Below, in pieces: positions 12,760-24,050 of a stretch of 64,000 nucleotides of DNA (its first letter is position 1; each line of letters starts with the position of its first letter). A model generated the notes under the pieces. The model ran no database searches, was not told the origin of the DNA, and saw nothing but the letters and a program-made list of their open reading frames with translations. Source of the DNA: Azolla caroliniana. Taxonomy: Eukaryota > Plantae > Polypodiophyta. The stretch covers positions 4,464,001 through 4,528,000 of the forward strand of contig JBHGNT010000012.1 in the NCBI GenBank assembly GCA_043228905.1, read 5' to 3'. The position numbers were made by a program, and so were the translations under genes.

Positions 12760-14837
12760 ACAATTACGATGAGATGTTCGCGTCGGTTGCAAAGATGATG
12801 ACCATCCGTGTCTTGCTTGCGATGGCTGCGGCGAAGGGGTGGCATCTGCATCGAATGGATGTGAAAAATGTGTTCCTTGAAGATGATCTTGAGGAACAGG
12901 TATAAATATCATCCAACCCCCCGGATTTCAGTCCGGACTAAATACATCTGCAGTTTGTGGATTAAAGAAGTTCCTCTACGACCTCAAGCAAGCCCATCAC
13001 GCCTAGAACATGAAGATCACGCAAAGACTGCGTCGGATGGGGTTTGGTCCGTCGAAGTCAGATTCTTCTCTCTTCATCCGACAAGGTCAGAATGAGACAA
13101 TTAGTATTTAGTCATCGTCGGCACCGACCTGGACGAAATCAACCGCGTCAAGTCCCAACTTGTGGATGCATTCGAAATGAAGGACTTGGGGGACCTTCAT
13201 TACTTCCTCGGGATCGTAGTGATCCATACCCTCGATGGCATATTCTTATCTCAACGACATTATGTGTTGAATATGTTATACAAGTTCGGCATGACAGATT
13301 CCTTCGTCCCGACTCCGGACCGGCTTGCGATGAGAAACGGTTTCGACAAATTATCAGAAGCCTCATTTATTTGACAATCACTTGATTCGAGATTAGATAT
13401 CCGGTTGGAGTGATAATGGAGCCGACTATGGAGCACCTTTAGTGTGCACACCGAATAATGAGGTATGTTAGCGGCACTAAGGACCGGGGACTGTTATACC
13501 GACATGGTATAACCGAGAAGCTAGTTGGATATATAGACGTCGATTGGGCTAGACATGCGTCCGATTGACAATCCACTTCAAGATTCATGTTTTCTTTGGG
13601 TAGTGTGGTTGTTGCATAGAGCAGCAAAAAGCAGCCAACTGTGGCTCTATCAAGCACTGAGGCTGAGTATTGGGGTGCTACCATTGCCACCTGTGAAGTC
13701 ATCTGGTTTCGGTGGCTGCTTCAATACCTCCGTATTGAAGTCCCGACTCCGACCCCGATCTACTACGATAATATGAGTAGCATGCAGCTCGCCAAGAACC
13801 CTGTGTTCCATGCTCAGACAAAGCACATAGAGGTGCACAATCACTTTGTGCGCAAGCGGGTCCTCAGTGGTGAGGTAGAACTCTGGTATGTCCGGATGGA
13901 TCGGCAGGTTGCCCACATCTTCACCAAACCTCTCGGCCTGGACAAGCTGCATCATTTTTCGAAGATGCTTGTTCTTCAACATCTCGACATGCCGCACTTG
14001 AGGGGGAGAACCGGTACTTATAAGGGGAGAACCAAAACCGAAACGAAAACTGGGAAAATAGGTGATGGCACCGGACAAAGAGCCAGAGAGATAGGGGGAG
14101 AAAGGAAGAAGAAAAAGGAAGCCGACTCAACTGAAGAAGTCGGCACATCCGATAAAGTCGGAATAAGCGGTGACGGCGGTAGATTCAAGAAGGACAGAGC
14201 CGACCGGAAGGCGAAAACCCGGACGTGGTCCGATGTGGTAATGGGTCGATTTTGAAGAGGAGTTCGGTTAGGAGCCTGATCAACTGAAGGCCAAATGGAC
14301 AAGGAGGTAGTTGAAGTCGACACCAACATAGAGGAACCAACGGGTCGAGAAGCACCGAAGTCACAATAGCAAAGAAGCTAAGATGGGCCTTATGAGCAAA
14401 CAAGCCAACAAAGAAGATCGAGGTGCGCGGGACCAGACGGGTCAAGGAAATCGGAACCGGACGGGACAAGGAGCGCGCGCTAGGTGGGAGGACGTCAAGT
14501 GGAGCTAGAGGAGAGGACCAACTACCACAAACAAAGACACTACAATCTAACCTCAAGTTGAGCTTGAGGGGGAGTGTTGAGCGGATAAGCTCAACTGGAT
14601 CCGGATTAGTTGAATAAGCCAAAATCGGATTGGTGTCCAGAACCAGGAGCCGGATCAGAGAGACAGACCAGATTGTAACCAGTAGACCGTTAGAGTCCTA
14701 CGAATCTAGCCTAGTACGTAGGAGTATTCTTGGGAGTCAGTGTCAGTCGCTCGTATTAGCATTGAAGTACTTGTCAGTACTTTTGTGAGTTCTTTATGGG
14801 CTTGTATAAAACTACTCACTAAGCACATTGTATATCT

Positions 14838-15600
14838 TGTCGGGAACTCAACGCTCCTTATGCACAATGCTCGGCCACAACCGAGCTTAGAATCATACAC
14901 AGAAAACAGGAAACTGAAAACACGCGACACAAAAGGAGAGAAGAGGTACACAGGATGTTTACGTGGAAAACCCCAAACTAGGGGAAAAACCACGGCAGCC
15001 CACAGGCTGCAAACTATCACTAGGTTAGTATGTACAACAGTGAGTTCACGGAGGCAACTACCTCGTGCTCACAATCTTCGCCACAGGCGGCGGTTACAAC
15101 AGAGGCAATGACCTCTTTCTCTCTCTCTCTCTCTGTACACTGTTGCGCACTCTGATCTCACGCAGACGCAGACAAGAAATAATAACAACAACTATTACTT
15201 AAAAGTTTTCCCTAAGTCATATTTATACTAATATGACTTTTCGGCTATTTACAAAATATAGCCTCGATGGACTCTCAGAAACATATTTACGAATATGTCT
15301 CTTCATCCGGTTCTCACCGGGTCTGCACCATCCGGCTCTCCGTATCCGGGTACTCCTCATCCAGATCTCACCGGGTCTGCACCATTCGGCTCTCCGTAGC
15401 CGGGTACTCCTCATCCGGTTCTCACCGGGCCTGCACCATCCGGCTCTCCGTAGCCGGGTACTCCTCATCCGGTTCTCACCGGGTCTGCAGCATCCGGCTC
15501 TCCGTAGCCGGGTACTCCTCATCCGGTTTCGGCCTCGGCCGAGTTTGTTCATCAACACTGTTCTTTTCTCTTCCCATCCGGAGGGACCTGTCTCCCAACA
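14838..15600 (-). mobile_element. Solo LTR (Copia-type family with 54-bp tandem repeat)
   Basis: TGT...ACA, TSD TATCT/TATAT (1 mismatch), same family as 41616-42146 and 45607-46362. Confidence 0.85.
15303..15528. repeat. About 4 x 54-bp GC-rich tandem repeat in LTR
   Basis: Unit tcaccgggtctgcaccatccggctctccgtagccgggtactcctcatccggttc. Confidence 0.92.
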
Positions 15601-17740
15601 TATATAGAGTGTTATTATTTTGAATGTAGCTTATGCTTTCTGCTCTCTCTGCCTCTCTTGTGTATTCTCTATTCTTAAGTTCCATAAAACCTTCATTCTC
15701 TATTTTCTGTTGCTATCTGGATAAACCGGTTTGTCAAAGCTTTCGCATATTTCCAGATTCATCCTATCTGATATCCGGATACCTTCTGGATCCATCCGGT
15801 CCTATTTCTTCCTTCGTTCCGTCTGGTCCGGCTCGTCAGGATCCCATCAAGAGTAACCTGTTTCCAAACAAACTCCCCGTTCAATCTAGCATGGGATGTC
15901 TCGTCTATCCGATCCGTCTCCGCCATGCATCAAGCTTGTCGGCTGACAACACCTTGGTCATCATGTCCGACCCATTCTCCTTCGTATGGATCTTCATCAA
16001 CAAGAACTCTTTATCTTCTACCTTCTCCCCGAGCCAGTGAAATCTCCTCTGGATGTGCTTGGTCTAGGATTGGTATGCAACGTTCTTCGTGAGGAGGATG
16101 GCACTTTGAGTGTCATAGTAGGGCCGGAATTCCTCCTATTGGATGCCTACTCTCCGATCAAGTCCTTCATCCAGATTACCTCTTTGCCAGCATCTACAAC
16201 CGCCATATACTCCGCTTCCATCGTTGACGGTGCAATGAACTTCTATAGCCTCGACTGCCATGATACAACTCCCCCTGTATAAGTCATGATATATCCGGAT
16301 GTAGACTAGTTGGTATCCGCATTAGCCGACGTATCCGAATATGTGAATCCTTCAAGTTGGGGTTTGCCTAAGCCGAATCGGAGGCACATGTTCGAGGTGC
16401 CTTTCAAGTACTGGAGTATCCACTTGGCAGTGGCCCAATGTTCTCTTCTCGAATTGCTCATGAACCGACTCACCACTCCGAACGCATATCCAATATCTAG
16501 CCGGGTACACACTATTGCATACATCAAGCTTCCGATGGCAGAGGCATATGGTACCATCATCATCTCCGACTTCTCTGTCTTTGTCTTCAGACTTTATTTC
16601 CGGGATATCTTGTAGTTAGTCAGAAGTGTCAACCTGACCAAGTTTGCATTCGTCATGTTGAATCATTGGAGCACCTTTGTCATGTACTTCTCCTGTGACA
16701 GCCACAATAGCTTCATCGTTCGGTCCCTGACTATGTGCATCCACAATATCTAAGTCGCCAGACCTAAATCTTTCATTGAGAAGGTCCGGTTCAAGGCCTT
16801 TTTCAGATTCCCGATTTTGATTCGGTACAATCCAATGATCAGCATGTCGTCCACGTATAACAGGAGTATTAGAAAATTTCCTCCATCAAACTTCTTCACA
16901 AACACGCAGTGGTCAGCCTGCGTCTTGTGGTATCCCTAGTCGGTCATGAAGGAGTCGAACTTCCAATACCATTTCCAGGGAGCTTGCTTCAATCCGTATA
17001 AGCTCTTCTTCAAACAGCACACCAAGCTCCCCTTCCCTCTTGATGAATCCTTCCGATTGTTGCATGTAGATCTCTTCTTCGAGGTTGCCATGTAGAAACG
17101 CCGTCTTGACATCTAGTTGCTCTACCTCGAGTTCTACGCTTGCCGCTATGCTCAACACCGTTCAGATGGATGTCATCTTTACTACCGGGGCAAAGATCTC
17201 ATCGAAATCCACTCCTTTCTTCTGTTGGAAACCATTCACCACAATGCGGGCTTTGTATCTTGGTGGATTTCTGGCATCTCCCAGTTTCAACTTGTACACC
17301 CACTTGTTCTGGAGCGCTCTCTTTCCTTTTGGCAACTCCGTCAATTCATGTGTGTGGTTCTCATGTAGGAAATCCATCTCACCTTGAATGGCACTTAACC
17401 ACTTGCAGTAGTAGGAGTCTTTCTTTGCTTCTTCGAAGCTTGCCCGCTCCCCCTCGTCGGTCAATAAGACATGCTCTACATCCTGAAATCTCTTGGGGTT
17501 CCTTTTCTCTCTCAAAGGGTATCTCCGTCCTTGGTTTCCGACCACTGGCTCCGCCATTTGTTCTTCATCTAAATCCGATTCAGAGTCTTGTCCAGTTCTG
17601 GTGTCTGATTCTTCTTCTTTGGTTGATTTAGTTCTTTGTCCAAATCCAGCCGGTTCATCATGTTCTTCGACTGACATCCGGCTTCTGACCAAATGCGTCC
17701 TAGCATCTTCCAACTGATTTCTCTTGGTTGACATAGAGTT

Positions 17741-18128
17741 TGTTACTAACAAATCACTATAGTAGAGAGGAAGTACAAAATACAAAACTCGGAGGCAACG
17801 ACCTCGAGTTCAACTTCGTCTGACAGACAGGTATAGAGTTACACTCTCACTCTCTCACGCATAGTTACAAAGGCAACTACCTTGTCCTAACTTTACAATA
17901 ATGATCAACTACTACTTTCTAAAGTTAGCCCTAGTTGCTTATAAATAAAAGCAACTTTCTGGCTATTTACAAGTATAGCCCAAAAGGGGCATTTTAGACT
18001 ATTTACAATTATAGTCTTCCAAAACGATTTCGGTTTCGGCCTCGATTTCGATTTCGATTTTGGCCTCGGTCGAGTTACTCACCAAATCTGTTCTTCTCTT
18101 CCCATCCAGAGGGACCTGTTTCCCAACA
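17741..18128 (-). mobile_element. Solo LTR (388 bp)
   Basis: TGTT...AACA with exact TSD GAGTT (17736-17740, 18129-18133). Confidence 0.9.
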
Positions 18129-18816
18129 GAGTTCACTATCTTCTTCTCCGACTCCTCGTCGACAATGGTCTTATCTTCCATAAAGAGTATGTCTCGACTC
18201 CGGAAAACCTTCTTTTCGACCAAGTCCAACATTCGGTAGCCGAACTCATCATTGCCATATCCAAGGAATATGCATGGTCGGGACTTTGGATCCATTTTCG
18301 CTCTCTTGTCCTTTGCTACATGTACGTAGGCAAGATAACCAAACACCTTCAAGTGCCGGTAAGACACGTCTTTACTGGTCCATACTCTCTCTGCCATGTC
18401 TCGATCCAGGGGCGTTGAGGGTGATTTGTTTATCACATAGGTCTTCGACATCAACGCCTCTACCCAAAGTGTCTTGGACAACTTAGCATGTGCCAGCATA
18501 CTCCAGACTCTCTCCATCACAGTCCGGTTCATTCTTTTGGCCAATCCGTTCAACTCCGGTGTCTTCGGCATGGTAAATTCGAACCGAATTCCCTTCGACA
18601 AGCAGTACTCCTTGAACCACCCATGTTGTCTCGTCCCTAGCAAGATGCATCTCATTTTCCTCGGTGATGAACAATAGTTCTTCCTCACTTGTCGTGATTT
18701 CTGACGTTCCTCTTCTCTCCGAAATCTTCTTCGATATCCGGATCGCTGGCTCCCCCTTTGGCTTTCCGGAAGTGTCACCAATTCTTTTGGAAGTGCCCCG
18801 GCTTCCCACAATAGAA

Positions 18817-19830
18817 TTAGGTGGACCAAAGAACATTCAAAACAAGAATCGGGAACCCAAACAGATGTTGGCAAAGGAAAGGAGCTAGAATCTGCAATTG
18901 GAGAGCTGAAGAAGCGGGACCTTCAAGAAAAATTGAGACCCGAGAGCAAAAGAGACGTGAAATGGAAAGAGTTGCTGCGAAGGCAATGAAAGAAGACAAA
19001 CGCAAGCAGAAGGTTGCCTCATCATTCAAACTCGCCTCTGACATAGAAACATCCACTGACCTAAAGCATGTGCTCGAATCTAGGATTCTCGATAGTAAAG
19101 TCGACTTAACACTCTGAGAAGTACTAGGGATTGCGAAGAAGGAATTTCATGAAGTGATCATTGATGTGATTAAGAGAAAAAGACAAGTGATTGAGGAAAC
19201 ATGAAGTGAAGATATGGAGAGTGCATTGTTAGATGGGGTACGGAGTGCTGACATACAGTGTAGTCATGAAGAGGAAAGAAGCCATTACACCTGCACACAC
19301 TGGGCTCGGGCGACAACTGAGGCTCCAGTCAAAAATGGTGATAAGATAGAACCGTGTGGCACTGATCGACCACGGCTCTGAGATTAACATCATATCATCT
19401 GATTTCTATAATCACGAGAGATGGCCAATAGAAAGAAACCACGGGTGGAAGGTCAGAGTAGCCACCGAGGCCGTGGAGGATTTATGTGGCACATGCCCCA
19501 ATATTAAAGTTACAATTGGGGACGTGCCAGTAGATCAAAACTTCTTCGTCCAAGAGAAGTCATTTTATCCAGTAATCCTAGGGCAATAGTACATCACAAC
19601 ATTATGAATGGAGACTAAAGTGATTGATAATGGTACGACATTTGCCAGGATTCGGAGTCAGAATGGGAAGAGGTCGGTACAGTTCTTTACTGTTCGACCA
19701 AATCATGAAAGGAATAAGGAGCATCTACGGGATCATCCACTACGAGATGTGGGGGATTTCATACAGGATTTCTAGAGTGGGCCCTTACAAAAAGGGGCTA
19801 TGATGGCCCGAGGGAGGTAAGAAGCCCCAT
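18817..19830 (+). pseudogene. Fragment of a distinct Ty3-type gag-protease region
   Basis: FKLASDIE...LESRILDSKVDLTL*EVLGIAKKEFH, protease ALIDHGSEINII...QNFFVQ...VILGQ. No LTRs or TSD. Confidence 0.7.
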
Positions 19831-22800
19831 TCATAGCATTTGGCATCCGTGTAGCCAACTAATTGTTCGGCTACACCTGTATGATACAACAACACTATGT
19901 CTTTCGTGCCGTTGACATATCATAATATTCGTTGCGCACACTGAAGGTGTTCGATCATGGGCTGGGACATAAATTGACTGATCATTCCGACCAGATAGTT
20001 GAGGTCCGGTCGAGTGATCGTCAAGTAGATGAGGCTTCCGACAATCTGTCGAAACCATATTGGATCACAAGACTTCTATCCAAAGGGGTCGAGATGGGCT
20101 TACAATCTGCAATCCCAAACTTGAAGAGCATATTCAGGGTGTAATGACGCTGATTGATCAATATGCCTTTGGGGGAATGGATCACTTTGATCCCAAGGAA
20201 GTAATCAAGGTCTCCAAGATCCTTCATTTCGAAAGATGTCGCCAGCTGAGACTTGACACGGCTGATTTCTTCCAGGTCGGCACCGGCGATGAATAAATCA
20301 TCAACATAAAGTAAAAGACAGAATGGTCCATGTCGACCTTGCTGAGTGAACAATGAAGAGTCCAACTTGGACGTTGTAAACCCCATCGTTCTTCAATCGG
20401 TAGACTGCCGAAATGTTCTGTTTGGATAGAAATCCGGGGGGTTGTACCATATACACTTGTTCCTCAAGATCGCCTTGCAGGAACGCATTTTTTACATCCA
20501 TCTAATGTAAGTGTCACCCCTTCGCCACTACTACAGCTAGTAGAACGCGCACCGTGGTCATCTTCGCGACCGATGCGAACATCTTGTCGTAATCTATGTC
20601 GTGCTTCTACGCATAGCCTTTCGCAACCAAACAGGCCTTATATCGGTTGATTGAGTTGGCGGTGTTGTATTTCATCTTAAACACCCATCTACATCCGATC
20701 ATCTTAACACCTTTAGGTGTGTCAACCAGGTACCAAGTCTCATTGTCCGTTAAAGCACACATCTCTTCCTCCATCACGGCACGCCAATTCGCGTCTTCCG
20801 TTGCTTCTACGTAGCTCTCCGGCTCACGCACTTCCGCCAGTTGTGTCATGTACGCATAATGGTGTGCCATGTATTCATTGTACCCGTATCTTTTTACGGG
20901 GTTCTTCAGGCCGGTAGATCGGCATAATTCGTGATTACCCGATTGCACGACCTTTTCAGTTGATTTCAATCTCTTTCGCGGAGGTTCCTTCTCAATTGGC
21001 CCGGAGTCAGATTCGCTTCGATCTGACTCAGCACTACCGAAATCGTATTCTGACATTTTCTTCTTCCCTTTTTCTTTACGCATAAATCGTCTCCTCGGTT
21101 CTTTAGGCGGGGACAACATGGCCAAGTCTCCACTACTCGTTGGCTCTTCATTTGGTTGGCCATCTCAGCCCAACCCCTCATTTGGCCTGCTTAGCCGAAA
21201 TGAGATCAGACTCTTTGTCAGAGCTCCGATTTCCTCATCACGTGAAGGCAGCTCGGCCTCGTTGACCTCTTCTCTAGATTTCGGAATGGAGTCATGAGGT
21301 ATTGGAGGTGAAGGCAAGTACCGCGAAGCGGACTCGTCGAAGACGACGTCTCGGCTTACGCGAACTTCTTTCGTTCGAGGGTTATAACACTTATACCCCT
21401 TTTGTTTGTCTGAATAGCATACTAAGATGCACTTTTTAGCTTTGGCATCCAACTTCCTCCATTTCTCCACATGCACATACACAATGCTGCTGAAAATCCT
21501 CAAGTGTGCTATGTTCGACTTCTTTCTGAAATACAACTCATGGGCGACACTCCTACATTACCAAAAGTCTGATTCTGCAAGTAAATAGCCGTTCTCACAG
21601 CTTCAACCCAGTAAAATGTCGGCATATGCTTCTCTTCAAGCATTGCCCTGGCCGCTTCTTCGATTGTCTGATTCTTCCGCTCGGCCACGCCATTCTGTTG
21701 CGGCATGTATCTACACAAGAATTATTGTCGAATTCCTTCCTTCTGTAGATAACTTGTGAACTGGTTGGAGAAGTACTCCTGCCCGCCATCGGATTGTAGG
21801 CACCTGATCTTACGCCCTGTTTCCCTTTCCACAAGGCTTTTCATCTTTAGGAAACACACAAAGACTTCACTCTTCTTTCCAATCGTGCATGCCCAGGTAT
21901 GCCGAGTGAAGTCATCGATGAAGGTTACGAAGTAATTGCTACTACCGAGACTCACATTCTGTGCTGGTCCCCATACATCCGAATGGATCAAGTTGAGCGG
22001 ATTTCGACTCTGATTACGCTCGTTTAGGAACGAAAGTCGGTGTTGCTTCCCTAGTTGGTAGGCTTCGTAGACTTGCTCATTCCGGCCACGAAATTTCGGC
22101 AAACCGAAAACAATGTTCTTCATTTGCATTTCATGAAGCCGTGGGAAGTTAACGGGGCCAAACTGCTTGCGCCATAGGTTGATATTTGATTCGACCTTCT
22201 GTCCTTTCGCGAATAGCGCAGTTCCAGCTTCCTTGTTTTTCCGGTTTCTCCAAGTATGAGAATTGTTCCTCATGACTCGCCATATGATTTGACGCTCCGG
22301 AATCAACATACCACACCTCGCTCGATTTCGAGGTGTTCACGGCCATTGAATTGGCCTTGTGCTTCATTACGAAGGCCGGGCCCGATCCATTTCCGGCTCG
22401 TTCAGAGCCTTCGGCGTAGTGCGATTTCTGATGCCTTCCTACGTCTCTTTCGCTCGATCTGGCTTTATCCGAATCAGCTCTCTTCTTCCAGCACTCACTC
22501 TCCCTGTGGCCTTTCTTGCCACAGTACTAGCATTCCATCGCAGCCTTCACTTGCCAGCTTCCGGTGCCACTATGACTCCCCTTGCTTCCGGCATTTTGAT
22601 TATGCCGCACGTTCTGCTCTTTTCGGCCGCCTCCACTGCGCATCGATCCGCCTCGTCCGCCACTGCCACAGGGCATGTCTTCCTCCGTGTACAACATCTT
22701 GTCGTCGGCGTGCGTATGATCGATGCACCCGCATGATTTTCCTCCACAAGCAACATCGACTGAAGCTCGAAGAATGAAGGCGTATTCTCCCTTGTGTAGA

Positions 22801-23829
22801 CTACCGTTCGGAATGCTCCGAAGTTTGACGCTAACCCTCCAAGACAAACCTGCACCATTTCGTCCTCCTCGACATTCACATTGATGGAGGCGAGAGAGTC
22901 GTAGATCTCCTTGATTCGGGCTATGTAATCGGCCACAAATAGATATTTCTATCCGACATTGCTGAGCTCTTGCCTGAGTTGTAGCTTCCTGGCCGTTGTG
23001 CTAGTGGCGAAAATCCCCTTGAGATTCACCCACATGTCCTTTGGTGTCTTGGCATCCCGAATGTAGCTCAAGAGCTAGTCACTCACACAGGACGCGAAGT
23101 AGTAAAGAACTCTACTTGCCGCTTGTTCTCAAGCGGAAAAATCTCTGTGTGTCGATTCGGGTGTTGTATCATTAGCTCCTTCGACATAACTCCAGTAACC
23201 ATGACCAAGTAGGTGCTGGTGCATCTTGTACGACCAAGATGCGTAGTTGCTCCTGTCGAGTTTCTCAATCGGTAGCGAGCTTCCCATTCCTCTGTCCATA
23301 TTGCTATCTTATCCTTTTCAAAAACAAGAACTTAACCTCGTCTTTATCTCAAGCTTTTCTGTCAGTTGCAGAGGAGTTTCAACCCTCGCGCTCTAATACC
23401 ATGTAAAAGAATATGTGTGCGGAAGCGTATGCGAAGGACACAGAGTACACGGTTCGGAAGTACGACAATTTGGTAAAACGCAGAAATCACAGAGAAAGAG
23501 AGGGAGAGAGAGAGAGAGAAAAAAACGAAACTATATTCAAAAATAATTCTCTGTATGTTCTCTGTACATACTTCGTGCTCAGTGAGCACCGTTTCCACAA
23601 GCCCTAACTAATGGGTTGACACAAGTTCTTACTGTACTTGACTGCTCATAAATGAGCATCCTACACTTACTCCCAAAATTATTCCTTACGATGAATAACA
23701 TTCTAACGGCCTCTTGGTTTACACACTACTATGGCCATATTTTGCGTACGGTTTTACGCACCCAATCTACGCACTGGGTTACGCACCCATTTATGTACCC
23801 AATGTTGAGCATGTCTCTCACCAAAAACC

Positions 23830-23900
23830 AAGAAGTTGAAGTGGTGTATCTCAAGCACCTTTTTGCAAACAAAAGGTCGTGAGTTCGAATCCTGTCAATA
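23830..23900 (+). ncRNA. tRNA-like Pol III module, copy 1, in LTR
   Basis: AGTGGT...CCTTTT/AAAAGG stem...AAGGTCGTGAGTTCGAATCC (B box). Confidence 0.5.
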
Positions 23901-23979
23901 CAAATTCTTCCGGTAAACAAATTTTGAAATATAAATTTGGTATATATAAGGTGAAAGAGACTTAAATAAATGGAGCCTG

Positions 23980-24050
23980 AATAAGTGGAAGTGGTCTATC
24001 TCAAATGCTTCTTCTCAAGTAGAGGTCGTGAGTTCAAGTCTTGCCAAGTA
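23980..24050 (+). ncRNA. tRNA-like Pol III module, copy 2, in LTR
   Basis: GAAGTGGTCTATCTC...GAGGTCGTGAGTTCAAGTC, a diverged duplicate of copy 1. Confidence 0.45.

Larger units (their letters stand above)
12760..15760 (+). mobile_element. Ty1/Copia element 3' half (RT, RNase H, 3' LTR 14574-~15760); host of Gypsy A and a solo LTR
   Basis: DVKNVFL, FEMKDLGDLHYFLG, ALSSTEAEY, KHIEVHNHFVR, ADIFTK-like motifs. PPT GAGGGGGAG before TGTTGA at 14574. Right end approximate. Confidence 0.85.

Noticed and set aside
15223-15623. Repetitive ORFs on both strands (also 45937-46422)
   Set aside because: By-product of a stop-free 54-bp tandem repeat inside an LTR.
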